Below the pieces are notes generated by a model. The model worked only from the letters and a program-made list of their open reading frames with translations. It had not been told where the DNA came from and ran no database searches. Shown in pieces: positions 17,933 through 27,809 of a stretch of 64,000 nucleotides of DNA. This DNA is from an uncultured Acidobacteriota bacterium (lineage in GTDB: Bacteria; Acidobacteriota; UBA4820; DSQY01), in contig CAVRTJ010000006.1 of the NCBI GenBank assembly GCA_963724125.1, forward strand, positions 17,780 to 81,779, given 5' to 3'. The stretch's first letter is position 1; each line of letters begins with the position of its first letter. The position numbers and the translations under genes are program-made.

Positions 17933-19023
17933 ATGCGCAGAATCCACGCCGGCAGGATTATCGCACTGGTCGCCCTTGTGGCCTTGTCGGTCATGGCCGT
18001 CCAGACTCTTTACAAGCCTTATCGCGAGAAGCTTCCACACGGGTGGTGGACTGGGACCAGGGCTGGATAAGGGCCGATGTCAGCGTTCCTCTCAAGACCG
18101 GTCGTCCCGCCGCCCAGGCAAGGGTAGAGGCCAGGAGGGTGGCCATGATGAAGGCCCAGGCCGAAGCGCTCCGCATCGCCATGCGCCTTCCCGTTGACAG
18201 CGAGAGCAGGCTTGAATCATACGAGGCGCTGCGAATCCACGTGCGGGGCATCGTGGCCGGCGGCGAGGTCGTCTCGGAAGGGATAAGCAACGGTACGTAC
18301 GAACTCTCGTTGAACGTCCCCATCAACGGCGTCAAGGGCATTGCGGCCGAGGTGGCCAAGATCACGCTTCCTCCGCCCGAACACGACGCCGCGCCGCCCG
18401 CCGAAGTCGAGCCGCCTTCCGGACAAGGTGGCGCGCATAAACAACATGCTTCAAGCGAACCCGAGGCTGGCAAAGAGCCCATCCAGAAGCCAGGAGTGGC
18501 CTCCCTCTCCGCGTTTTCCTCGGTTACCGTCGATGCCAGCGAAACCGGCGTAAAGCCCGCCCTCCAGGCCCGGATAGTAGATCCAGACGGGCGCGAGGTA
18601 TACGGAGCGAAGACGGTCAAGCCCCTTGTCGCACGGGAGCGGACGCTGGCCCGGTACGTCACGAAGGGTGACTCCACGGGATCCGCGGACAACGCCTCGT
18701 GGCTGAACCCCGACAGGCTGGGGGCCATACCGTTGGCTCTCATCTCGCCGCCACAGCTCCTCCTCGCCCAGCGAGCGCCCTCTCGGAGACCGAGGGGCTC
18801 CGAGGAGTCCCTCACCGTCAGGGCTGAAAACGCCGCTGGAAAACTCAAGGCCGATATCGTGGTCACAAGGGAAACCGCCGAAAAGCTCAGGAAGCTCAAC
18901 GAGGAAACGGGGGCCCTGACGGAGGGACGTGTGGTGGTCATAGTACGCGCCGACGTCGGCGGCGTGGAGAGCCGAAAGGGCCTTCGCCGCCCCTCCCGAT
19001 CCAGTGTCCTCGCCCTGCGTTAG
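17933..19023 (+). CDS. LPP20-like periplasmic protein. A possible frame disruption near 18040 joins a signal peptide to the body.
   Basis: Signal peptide MRRIHAGRIIALVALVALSVMAVQ sits in a frame adjacent to the long ORF 17920..19023. The body has an LPP20-type pattern (AAQARVEARRVAMMKAQAEALRIAMRL..HVRGIVAGGEVVSEGISNGTYELSLNVP). Confidence 0.45.
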
Positions 19024-19041
19024 GATTCCGGAAAGTCTATA

Positions 19042-20865
19042 GTGGCAAGGCGAACATCAGTTCTCGCTGGATTGGCACTCGGCTTGGCTCTGGCCGGAGT
19101 CGTGGCGCTTCCCCTGGCTGCGGGGCTTGCCTCCGCCGGCGAAGGACGCATCTACGACATCCTGATGCGACTCCGGGAAGGCCGGCCTTCCGCTAAGGTC
19201 CGCCTGGTTTGTCTGGATGATACGACCTTTTCGGCGCTTGGGGGCCGTAATCCGACACGGGCAGAGATAGCCTCGGCCGTCGACAATATCTGGCAGGCCG
19301 GTGCGAGTCTCATCGGGCTTGATCTGCTGTTCGACCAACCTCGCGACGAAGCCGGGGACGACGCGTTGCAAAAGGCGCTGGCGAGCGCCGACGCCGTTCT
19401 CGCCTGCAGTCCCTCCAACGGCCTCATGCCCATCCAGCGGTTTCGAAGTCAAGCCGTTGGTCTCGGATCCGTCGATTTCCTCACCGACCGGGACGGGATC
19501 GTGCGTTCCCTGCCGGGGCCCTACTTTCAGAGCGACGGAAAGAGCCTCGCCGTTCGATACATGCCGATGGCGCTCGAGTGCGCTTTGCTTTACTGGTATC
19601 CCCGCACACACCCCCCACTGAAGCTTTCCCATGACAAGCTCAAGATCGGAGATCATGACTTTTCAATGGCGGGTCACTCGTGGCTGATCCCATTCTGCGG
19701 CGGGGACGGCACTTTGCCCCGGCTCTCGTTCCTGACCGCCCTCAAAGGAGGATCGGCGCTAAAAGCCCTCAAGGGGACGATCGTCCTCGTGGGTTCGACG
19801 CGTCCCAGCCAGCACGACTTTTTCTCGGTCCCGTTGCCGCGGCGCCGGACACGGACCGGGGCGTTCAAGGAACTTGGCAGCAATACCATGGCGGGCGTCG
19901 AGATACACGGCCAGGCGCTCTCTGCACTTCTGGACGGGCGTTCCATCGTTCCGGTCGGCCCCGCCATGCGGTGGCTTTTGTTCGGACTCCTGGCCCTGCT
20001 GGGAACCACTCTCACCATCTTTCCCATGAAGCCCGTCGCCTCCCTCGGTCTCTGGCTCATGTTGGGATTAACCATCGAAATCGGCGGCATCGCGGCCATG
20101 CTTCACGGCCGCCCCTTCCCCCTCCTCGGCCTTTCATTGACGTGGCTCGCGTATGCAGGGACGTCCTTCTCCTACCATCGCTACCTCGATTTCCGCGAAA
20201 GAAAGGCCGTCGAAATACTATTCAGCCGCTACGTGTCACCCAACATCGCGCGGGCTCTTCTCGCCAGGCCCGACTTGGTCCACCTGGGCGGAAGACGGAA
20301 GGTCCTCTCCGTCCTCTTCGTGGACATACGAGGGTTCACCAGCCTCTCGGAGCGCCTCCCGCCCGAGGCCGTCAGCGCCCTGCTCAACGAATACTTCACG
20401 GAAATGACGGACGTACTCTTCGGTTTCGACGGAACCCTGGACAAGTTCATCGGAGACGCCCTTCTGGCTTTTTTCGGCGACCCCGTCGACCAGGAGGATC
20501 ACCCGGCGCGCGCAATAGCGTGCGCGGTCGCCATGCAGAAGAGAGCGGCAGCACTTCGCGAGAGATTCGAGTCGGAAGGCAAACCCGCCCTTCATGTCGG
20601 CATTGCCGTTCATACGGGGCCTGTTGTCGTCGGGAACAACGGTTCGGCCGACAACTTTGATTACACGGTCATCGGAGACGCCGTGAACCTCGCCTCGCGG
20701 CTCCAGGCCCTAGCCACGGCGGACGACGTCATAACGACGACCCGGACCATCGAACATATTTTCGAGTTCAAAACGCGTTATGCTTATGAAGAGCTGCCAC
20801 CTGTACAGGTGAAAGGAAAAAGCGAACCCGTAGCCATTGCTAGGGTTCTGGGGCCAGTCCAATAG
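19042..20865 (+). CDS. CHASE2 extracytoplasmic sensor domain plus class III adenylate/guanylate cyclase.
   Basis: N-terminal TM, then CHASE2-like RLVCLDDTTFSALGGRNP..GASLIGLDLLFDQP. Several TM segments. Cyclase core LSVLFVDIRGFTSLSERL..DKFIGDALLAFFGDP..AIACAVAMQ..HVGIAVHTGPVVVGNNGS..YTVIGDAVNLASRLQ. Confidence 0.85.
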   Translation: MARRTSVLAGLALGLALAGVVALPLAAGLASAGEGRIYDILMRLREGRPSAKVRLVCLDDTTFSALGGRNPTRAEIASAVDNIWQAGASLIGLDLLFDQPRDEAGDDALQKALASADAVLACSPSNGLMPIQRFRSQAVGLGSVDFLTDRDGIVRSLPGPYFQSDGKSLAVRYMPMALECALLYWYPRTHPPLKLSHDKLKIGDHDFSMAGHSWLIPFCGGDGTLPRLSFLTALKGGSALKALKGTIVLVGSTRPSQHDFFSVPLPRRRTRTGAFKELGSNTMAGVEIHGQALSALLDGRSIVPVGPAMRWLLFGLLALLGTTLTIFPMKPVASLGLWLMLGLTIEIGGIAAMLHGRPFPLLGLSLTWLAYAGTSFSYHRYLDFRERKAVEILFSRYVSPNIARALLARPDLVHLGGRRKVLSVLFVDIRGFTSLSERLPPEAVSALLNEYFTEMTDVLFGFDGTLDKFIGDALLAFFGDPVDQEDHPARAIACAVAMQKRAAALRERFESEGKPALHVGIAVHTGPVVVGNNGSADNFDYTVIGDAVNLASRLQALATADDVITTTRTIEHIFEFKTRYAYEELPPVQVKGKSEPVAIARVLGPVQ

Positions 20866-20876
20866 GGAGGTTGACC

Positions 20877-21956
20877 ATGTGTAGACACCCCGCTTTGCTC
20901 GGCGCGATCCTGATCCTGCTCATGGGGCTTGCGCCCATGGCGCAGACCACGGTCACGGTCACGGGAACCGCCGCCATTCTGAACAAAGATGCGACCCAGG
21001 CCCGGGATCGGGCCATCGAGAATGCGCTGAGAACGGCCGTGGAGAGAGTCGTAGGCACCATGGTCGATTCGGACAGCCTGGTCAAAGACAATGACCTCCT
21101 CTCGGACAAGATCTATACCCAGACCACGGGCTACATATCGAACTACAAGATCCTCTCCGAGAGCAGCGACACCGATTCGAACATCTACAGCGTGAAGGTC
21201 GAAGCCTCGGTCAAAGAGGGCAACCTCTCCAACGATCTCAAGTCCCTCGGCGTCCTGATGCACAGGATGGATATGCCCCGCGTGGCCGTGGCGCTCCAGG
21301 AACAGGACGAGACCGCATCCGACCAACTCCTGAGAATGCTGAAAAACAAGGGTTTTCTCGTCGTCGATACGGGGCAGAAATCTCAGTCGCAGGGCTTCTG
21401 GGATATGAACCAGGGACAACAGGCGGACCTGATGAAGCGGTACGGCGCCGAAGTCGTGATTCTAGGCACGGCGAAGGGCGAAGGAGGATCCAGCATCGGC
21501 GGCTCGAGCCTCAAGTCCTACCAGGCCAACGTGAGCCTCAAGGCCCTCAAGACAGATTCCCACGAAGTGCTTGGAACCTCCACGGGCAGTGGAACGGCCG
21601 TGCACGTCGGTGAGGCGGGCCTGACACAGGCGACGAGACAGGCCATCACCGTCGCGGGCAACGACATCCTGAGGCAGATTACATCTCAGTGGGCTAAAGA
21701 GACATCATCCACCCGTATCATCGCGCTGGAAGTCCTTTCTGCTGATGCGTCGAAGGCCGGGAATATAGCAAAAAAACTCAAGCAACAGGGACGTGGGATA
21801 CAAGATGCCATCGTCCGCGAAGCCGAAGGGGGACGCGCTACGCTGAACGTCTCCATGCAGGGAGACGCCTCGGCTCTGGCACAGGAAATCAGGAAGATCT
21901 ATCCGGGAGCACGGATCGTCTCCCAGTCCGCAAACCGTTTGACAGTGTCTTTTTGA
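20877..21956 (+). CDS. Exported two-domain protein with an LPP20-like N-terminal domain and a CsgG-like second domain.
   Basis: GGGAGG RBS. Signal peptide LLGAILILLMGLAPMAQT. TVTVTGTAAILNKDATQARDRAIENALRTAVERVVG (LPP20-type). Then PRVAVALQEQDETASDQLLRMLKNKGFLVVD (CsgG-like motif). Confidence 0.5.
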   Translation: MCRHPALLGAILILLMGLAPMAQTTVTVTGTAAILNKDATQARDRAIENALRTAVERVVGTMVDSDSLVKDNDLLSDKIYTQTTGYISNYKILSESSDTDSNIYSVKVEASVKEGNLSNDLKSLGVLMHRMDMPRVAVALQEQDETASDQLLRMLKNKGFLVVDTGQKSQSQGFWDMNQGQQADLMKRYGAEVVILGTAKGEGGSSIGGSSLKSYQANVSLKALKTDSHEVLGTSTGSGTAVHVGEAGLTQATRQAITVAGNDILRQITSQWAKETSSTRIIALEVLSADASKAGNIAKKLKQQGRGIQDAIVREAEGGRATLNVSMQGDASALAQEIRKIYPGARIVSQSANRLTVSF

Positions 21957-21990
21957 AGCGTTTATTCTGGACATAAGGGAGGACAAGCCC

Positions 21991-22881
21991 ATGAAACGGA
22001 CACTCGTTTCTATTTTCATTGCACTCTGCGTGATGACCTCGCTGGCGGCTCTGGCCCAGAAGCCGAGGATAGCCGTTCTTAAGATCAGAAACGACCAGCC
22101 TTACGGCGGCGCCCGCCTCGGCCCGGCCGTCGGAGACTGGCTCGTCGAAAAGCTCGTCCAATCGGGGCAGTATCGCGTCATGGAACGCCGCGAGATCAAC
22201 TCGGTCCTGCAGGAACAGGGATTTTCTCTCAGCGGAGCCGTCGACGATAAGACCGCCATCCAAGCCGGTAAACTCCTCGGCTGCCAGCTCGTCGTCCTGG
22301 GAGCGGTCACCGACTTTTCCCGGCACAAGTCCGGCGCCCACGGCGCATTCGGCATCGCCTTCAACGTCGGGAAGGTAACGGCCGAGGGAACGCTCAATAT
22401 AAGGCTTGTCAACACCACAACCGGCGAGATCGTGTACACGGGGAGCGCCTCCGGCACACACTCTTTTTCCAAGGTGGACGTGGCCGGTTTCGGGGGTGGC
22501 GTGGATTGGGATGAATCCCAGGCCAGGCAGATCTTCGAACCCGCCGTGACCCACTTGGTGAACAAGATTGTGGCCAAAACGGCTGCGATCAAGGACAGTC
22601 TCGGATCCGTCGCTGAATTATCCGGCAAGGTCGCGAAAGTCGATGCCGGGAAGCTCTTTCTCAACATTGGCAGTACCGACGGCGTGAAGCAGGGCGACAA
22701 GTTTTCACTTTATCACGTGGGTGATACAATCACCGATCCCGACACCGGAAAGGTCTTGGGACAGGAAAAGACTAGAATCGGGACCGTGACGGTCACCAAA
22801 GTCATGGCCGATCACCTCTCGGTGGGCGTCCTCGACGGCGGCGGCCACGCGGAAGTCGGCGACGCCGTTCAGAAGCAGTAG
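21991..22881 (+). CDS. CsgG-family outer-membrane lipoprotein (curli-secretion-channel-like) with a C-terminal beta-rich extension.
   Basis: AAGGGAGG RBS. Signal peptide. PRIAVLKIRNDQ..GPAVGDWLVEKLVQSGQYRVMERREINSVLQEQGFSLSGAVDDKTAIQAGKLLGCQLVVLGAVTDF is the CsgG family signature. Confidence 0.7.
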   Translation: MKRTLVSIFIALCVMTSLAALAQKPRIAVLKIRNDQPYGGARLGPAVGDWLVEKLVQSGQYRVMERREINSVLQEQGFSLSGAVDDKTAIQAGKLLGCQLVVLGAVTDFSRHKSGAHGAFGIAFNVGKVTAEGTLNIRLVNTTTGEIVYTGSASGTHSFSKVDVAGFGGGVDWDESQARQIFEPAVTHLVNKIVAKTAAIKDSLGSVAELSGKVAKVDAGKLFLNIGSTDGVKQGDKFSLYHVGDTITDPDTGKVLGQEKTRIGTVTVTKVMADHLSVGVLDGGGHAEVGDAVQKQ

Positions 22882-22924
22882 GGATAGGGGGGTGGATGGG
22901 CACCATGCCCGTTGAGGCTCAGCG

Positions 22925-23473
22925 ATGACCATACCCAACGTGCTGACGGTATTCCGGATGGTGCTCATCCCCTTCTTTCTCATGGCCGTCATTTACGGCC
23001 ATCCCAGGCTTGCGCTTTGGATTTTTGTGGGCGCCGGACTCACCGATGGCCTGGACGGTTTCATTGCACGCTTCTTCAATCAGAAATCGACCCTTGGAGC
23101 TTTTCTCGACCCGATGGCCGACAAGCTCATCCTCACCAGTGCCTACATTGCGCTCGCCCTGCCTGAAACAGGTATGGCGCATACCATTCCCATGTGGATC
23201 GTCGTGCTTACCATAGCGCGCGACGTGGTCATCGTCATGCTCGCCCTGATACTCAATCTCAGCCACGCCATCAGGAGTTTTCCGCCGTCCATCCCCGGGA
23301 AGTTTACGACCTTCTTCCAGATCGCCTTCGCGGTGGCGGTCCTGCTTCAAAACGGTTATTATTTCCCGGATTGGATCGTAGCCTTTCTGCTGTGGTCCGT
23401 GGCGTTCTTTACCGTCTTTTCAGGCCTTCACTACCTCTGGCGCATGAGAATAATGATCAAGGACACGCCGTGA
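22925..23473 (+). CDS. CDP-alcohol phosphatidyltransferase (PgsA-like), paralog 1.
   Basis: GLTDGLDGFIARFFNQKSTLGAFLDPMADKL matches the D-G-x2-A-R...G...D-x3-D motif. Multi-TM. Confidence 0.8.
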   Translation: MTIPNVLTVFRMVLIPFFLMAVIYGHPRLALWIFVGAGLTDGLDGFIARFFNQKSTLGAFLDPMADKLILTSAYIALALPETGMAHTIPMWIVVLTIARDVVIVMLALILNLSHAIRSFPPSIPGKFTTFFQIAFAVAVLLQNGYYFPDWIVAFLLWSVAFFTVFSGLHYLWRMRIMIKDTP

Positions 23474-23973
23474 AAAACAACTACGTTCTCCTCGGACTGC
23501 TCCTCCTCGCCGTTTCGATCGTCGCGTGCCGGACGGCCACCCCCACGAAGCCCGAATCGCCTCCCGGCCCTTCCGATTCCGCTCAGCCACAATCCCCCGT
23601 CGTGGTTTTTCCCGACGGCTTCTCGGTGCAAGTGAGCCTTGCCCTGACGCCCGAGGAACAGGCCCGCGGGCTGATGTTCGTCAAGGATCTGCCCACCGAC
23701 AAGGGGATGCTCTTCCTTTTCAAGACGGACGAACAGCGGGCCTTCTGGATGAAGAACTGCTTTATCCCGCTGGATCTCATCTGGCTTGACCGGGATTTCC
23801 AGGTCGTGGACATAACGCACGACGCGCCACCCTGCCAGGCGGACCCCTGTCCCAACTACTACCCGAGCCGCGCCATAAGGAACGTCCTCGAGGTTTTAGG
23901 GGGAACGGCGGACGACCACCATCTTGAGATCGGCGAGCGCCTGGTCGTCGTCGATCTCCCTAAAAACCCCTGA
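23470..23973 (+). CDS. DUF192-family exported/lipoprotein (COG1430-like).
   Basis: GTG start overlapping the upstream stop. Lipobox LLAVSIVAC. DUF192-like core VSLALTPEEQARGLMFVKDLPTDKGMLFLF..AFWMKNCFIPLDLIWLDRDFQVVDI. Confidence 0.65.
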   Translation: MKNNYVLLGLLLLAVSIVACRTATPTKPESPPGPSDSAQPQSPVVVFPDGFSVQVSLALTPEEQARGLMFVKDLPTDKGMLFLFKTDEQRAFWMKNCFIPLDLIWLDRDFQVVDITHDAPPCQADPCPNYYPSRAIRNVLEVLGGTADDHHLEIGERLVVVDLPKNP

Positions 23974-24188
23974 TCGTTTTCCAACCGCCTGCTTCTTTCA
24001 GCCGGCCACGGCGCGGCTCACAGCAAAGCACGCACCACCGTATAGCACCGGCTTTTCTTCATCCGTGTAACACACGTGAATCGGCCGATGCCGCCTGCCA
24101 CAGGCCCGCCGCCATCACGGAGGACCGCACGTCCCCCATGCTGGCTCGGCACCCCCTCCGCACCCTTGCTGAAAAGCCAGATAATTCA

Positions 24189-24217
24189 TTGACAGGAAAC
24201 CATTTGAGGGGTATACT
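24189..24217 (+). promoter_or_regulatory. Near-consensus sigma70 promoter for rpsA (TTGACA, 17-nt spacer, TATACT).
   Basis: Read directly from the sequence, about 60 nt upstream of the rpsA ATG. AGGAGG RBS at 24262. Confidence 0.55.
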
Positions 24218-24277
24218 CCCTTAGATTCCACTCTGCGGAGCGGAATCAAAAATCCAAACTCAGGAGGTAGTAGTTAC

Positions 24278-26065
24278 ATGAGCATGACCGAAGGAAAGGA
24301 CCACCAAGGCGATTCTGCGCCCTTCGAGGTGCCCGCGGAATGGCTCAATCTCAGCTCGGACAACATCGGCGAGGAGCCGGAAATCGACATGGGTGCCCTT
24401 CTCAAGGCGAAGGTCGCCGATCACAGCGAGCGCCAACTCATCAAGGGGCGAGTGGTGGCCATAACCCCCACGGACGTACTTATTGACGTGGGGCTCAAGA
24501 GCGAGGGGATCGTTCCACGCGAGGAGTTCACGAGCTCCAGGGGCGAGCTCATCGTCGAACCCGGCGAGGAGGTGGAGGTCTTCCTCGAGCGCATGGAAGA
24601 CGCCAACGGGCACGTTGTCCTCAGCAAGATCAAGGCCCAGAAGATGAAGGCCTGGGAAGAGGTCGAACGGGCCTACAAGGAAGACCGCCCGATCAAAGGC
24701 GTAATCCTGGATCGCGTCAAGGGCGGCCTCGCCGTTGACGTGGGCGTCCGCGCCTTCCTTCCCGGGTCCCTCGTGGACCTGCAGCCCATCCGCAACCTCA
24801 GGGCCCTGAAGGGACAGGAAGTCGAGATGAAGGTCATCAAGGTCAACCGTAAGCGCGGGAACATCGTGCTCTCGCGGAAGGCCTTCCTCGAAGAAAAGGT
24901 ATCTGTCCAGAAGGAAAGAATTCTCGAAGCCGTGGAAGCGGGCCAGCCTCTCCGTGGCGTCATTAAGAACCTGACCAATTTCGGCGCTTTTGTGGACCTC
25001 GGAGGCATTGACGGTCTGCTGCACGTGACCGATATGTCCTGGAAACGTATCAACCACCCGTCCGAAATGTTCCAGGTGGGTGACGAGATCCAAGTACTCG
25101 TCCTGAACTTCGACGAAGAAAACGCCAAGCTACAGCTCGGATTCAAACAGCTGGAGCCCTCACCGTGGACGGACGTCACCGACCGCTACCCGATCGGCAC
25201 AAAGGTCAAGGGCAAGGTCATTTCTCTGACCAATTACGGCGCCTTCGTCGAGCTCGAGCCCGGCATCGAGGGCATGATCCACGTCTCCGAGATGTCGTGG
25301 ACGAAGAAGGTCAAGCATCCTTCCGCAGTCCTCAACGTGGGTGACATGGTCGAGGTCGTGGTACTCGACGTGGACGCCGAGGCCCAGCGCATCTCCCTGG
25401 GGCTCAAACAGGCCGAACCCAACCCCTGGGACATCATCACCGAGACCTTCAGCGAGGGCGACCGCGTCACAGGGAAAGTCCGCAACATCACCGACTTCGG
25501 CGTCTTCGTCGAGGTCCTTGAGGGCGTCGACGGCCTGGTCCACATTTCCGACCTTTCATGGAAACGCATCAACCATCCCAGCGAAGTGGTCAAAAAAGGC
25601 GACGAAGTCGAGGCCATCATCACCAACATCGACGCCGTCAACCAGCGCCTATCCCTCAGCATGAAGGCCCTCATGCCCGATATATGGGACAAGTTCTTCC
25701 AGAACCACTACGTTGGTGACGTCGTTCCCGGGACCGTGACTAAAATCGTCGACTTCGGCGCCTTCGTCGATCTGGGCGACGGTGTAGAAGGGCTCGTGCA
25801 CATCTCAGAGCTTTCCGACCAGCACATCAGCAGTTGCGCAGAAGTCGTCGACGTCGGGCAATCCTATCCCTTCAAGGTCATCCGCCTCGAACCAAACGAG
25901 AAGCGGATCGGGCTGTCGCTGAAGGAAGGCCACCGTAGGGAACGCCAGCAGCGGGAGCGCGAAGACGAGAGCCACTACCGCCCCGTCGCGGATGGCAGCG
26001 TGAGCCTTGGCGACGTGCTTGATTTCAGCGGCTTTCAAAAGAACGATGATGAGGAGCAGGAGTAG
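24278..26065 (+). CDS. rpsA: 30S ribosomal protein S1.
   Basis: Six tandem S1 domains with a G(D/E)xVxGxVxxIxxFGAFV pattern repeated. 595 aa with an acidic C-terminus. Confidence 0.95.
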   Translation: MSMTEGKDHQGDSAPFEVPAEWLNLSSDNIGEEPEIDMGALLKAKVADHSERQLIKGRVVAITPTDVLIDVGLKSEGIVPREEFTSSRGELIVEPGEEVEVFLERMEDANGHVVLSKIKAQKMKAWEEVERAYKEDRPIKGVILDRVKGGLAVDVGVRAFLPGSLVDLQPIRNLRALKGQEVEMKVIKVNRKRGNIVLSRKAFLEEKVSVQKERILEAVEAGQPLRGVIKNLTNFGAFVDLGGIDGLLHVTDMSWKRINHPSEMFQVGDEIQVLVLNFDEENAKLQLGFKQLEPSPWTDVTDRYPIGTKVKGKVISLTNYGAFVELEPGIEGMIHVSEMSWTKKVKHPSAVLNVGDMVEVVVLDVDAEAQRISLGLKQAEPNPWDIITETFSEGDRVTGKVRNITDFGVFVEVLEGVDGLVHISDLSWKRINHPSEVVKKGDEVEAIITNIDAVNQRLSLSMKALMPDIWDKFFQNHYVGDVVPGTVTKIVDFGAFVDLGDGVEGLVHISELSDQHISSCAEVVDVGQSYPFKVIRLEPNEKRIGLSLKEGHRRERQQREREDESHYRPVADGSVSLGDVLDFSGFQKNDDEEQE

Positions 26066-26068
26066 ACT

Positions 26069-26344
26069 ATGACTAAGGCCGATTTGATCGAGCTGGTCTC
26101 AAAAAAGTCGAACCTTCCCAAGAAGCCGGCTGAAATCATCGTGAACACGATTTTCAAGTCCATAACTGAAGCTCTTGACGCCGGCGAGAAGGTGGAACTA
26201 CGAGGCTTCGGCTCGTTCCGCATGAAGGTGAGAGAAGCGCGCACCGCCCGCAATCCGAAAACGGGCGAAAAGGTGCACGTCGACAGAAAGAAGGTCCCTC
26301 ACTTCCGCGCGGGAAAAGAACTCAAAGAATCGGTCAATCGCTAA
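26069..26344 (+). CDS. ihfB: HU/IHF-family DNA-binding protein, probably integration host factor beta.
   Basis: MTKADLIELVSKK..VELRGFGSFRMKVREARTARNPKTGEKVHV..KVPHFRAGKELK. Conserved rpsA-ihfB arrangement. Confidence 0.8.
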   Translation: MTKADLIELVSKKSNLPKKPAEIIVNTIFKSITEALDAGEKVELRGFGSFRMKVREARTARNPKTGEKVHVDRKKVPHFRAGKELKESVNR

Positions 26345-26352
26345 AACGATGA

Positions 26353-26400
26353 AGCCGGCGGTCCGGTGCCTGTCCGCCAGACCGTCGGCTTTTCTTTTTC
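26353..26400 (+). terminator. Rho-independent terminator after ihfB.
   Basis: AGCCGGCGGTC ... GACCGTCGGCT stem (one G:U pair) followed by TTTCTTTTTC. Confidence 0.6.
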
Positions 26401-26413
26401 CGGGTCGATTCCG

Positions 26414-26902
26414 ATGGACATCGTCTTTTCTCCATGGCGCCTGCAATACGTGCAATCTCCCGACAAGGACGCGTCCGATTGCGTTTTCTGCCGCGCTTTC
26501 ACGGAGGAGCCATCCCTGGACAACTTGGTCGTCTACCGCGACGATAAGACGGCCGTCATGCTCAACCGGTACCCATACACGAACGGTCATCTCCTGGTCA
26601 TTCCCAGGAAGCACGTCGATACGCTGACCGGCCTTGACGCCCAAACGCGGGCTTCTCTCCTCGAGGTCATAACGTACAGTGAGTCCTTGCTCCGCAGGGT
26701 GTACAACCCGCATGGCTTTAACGTGGGCCTCAACCTCGGCGAGGCCGCCGGTGCGGGGATAATCACGCACCTCCACTTCCACATCGTCCCCCGCTGGTCC
26801 GGTGACACCAACTTCACTACACTTTTCGGAAACCTCAGGGTCATACTGGAGGACCTCGCCGGCGTCTTCGAGAACTCAGCGTGGAATATCCCGAAAAGAT
26901 AA
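26414..26902 (+). CDS. HIT-family hydrolase (GalT/Ap4A-hydrolase-like branch).
   Basis: DCVFCRAF..YRDDKTAVMLNRYPYTNGHLLVIPRKH..GFNVGLNLGEAAGAGIITHLHFHIVPRWSGD. Histidine triad HLHFH. Confidence 0.85.
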   Translation: MDIVFSPWRLQYVQSPDKDASDCVFCRAFTEEPSLDNLVVYRDDKTAVMLNRYPYTNGHLLVIPRKHVDTLTGLDAQTRASLLEVITYSESLLRRVYNPHGFNVGLNLGEAAGAGIITHLHFHIVPRWSGDTNFTTLFGNLRVILEDLAGVFENSAWNIPKR

Positions 26903-27094
26903 GCTGACCACGAACCCCGGAGAATTCCCGTGCCTTCTTCAGAAGACTCCGACGCAACCTTACTATCCAGCCATCTAAACGCTTTCCACAAGGCCTGCGC
27001 AGAGCTCGAAAACGCAAAGCTGAAAGCGACCTGGCGCCCAGGCCAAGTCGGCATTCCGGGCCGCGGCCGAGTCCCTGAAGGCCGCCGCCGCCCG

Positions 27095-27809
27095 CTACGG
27101 CATCGAGCATGATAGTCTGGCGGCCTCATGGACCTTTCCGAACGCCTCTCCAGAGTGATCGGTGCGCCATGCCTGCCTTCCCGGCTCGCATCGATCCTCT
27201 GCCTCGACTCCCCCGAGAGCCTTCTTCGGTTCCCTCCTTCCAGGATCAGAAAACTCCTTGCCAAGGCCGAAGATATCGCCTTCGACCTGGCCGATATCGC
27301 CAGGGGCGAGTCGACGACCCTTCACTGAGAATCCGGCCCGAATGCCTTTGATGTGGCCGACTGGACCGTGAAAGCCTGGGCCTCGCTTCGGGCAGGCGGA
27401 TGCGGCCTGGAGCTCCGCCGTCCGTATCAAGCCGACAACCACAAATGTCAGGATCAGGCAGAGGCTGACGAACCAAGTCGGAAGCTTCGCACGCTTTCTG
27501 AAGGCGTAAGCCCGGCCAGCGCGACTGCGCCAAACACGCCCATGCACCAGGCCGAGAGCAGTGCAGCATCGTCGTGCTGGCCGATACGCGCAGGATCCAC
27601 CCCTGGAAGATTGTGGATGAGATGCGCCGCCTTGCCTCCGGTAAGAAGACGAGCGGCGTGAACAGGGCAAGAACGACGAGAATGCCGAGGCTCGCGCGCT
27701 TGACATCTTCGCTGCGCCGGATCATGGCCCAGGCGAGAAGAAAAAAATCGAAGAGGATACCGATAACGGGAATGTGATTGATGATGAGATGAACGTGCGC
27801 CCAATTCAT
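27095..27809 (-). CDS. Hypothetical multi-pass membrane protein. Reading frame changes at least twice downstream of a well-supported start. Extent uncertain.
   Basis: GGAGG RBS plus the ATG at 27809. MNWAHVHLIINHIPVIGILFDFFLLAWAMIRRSEDVKRASLGILVVLALFTPLVFLP. Plausible continuation in other frames (LLTGGKAAHLIHNLPGVDPARIGQHDDAALLSAWCMGVFGAVALAGL, then LPTWFVSLCLILTFVVVGLIRTAELQAASA). Confidence 0.35.
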
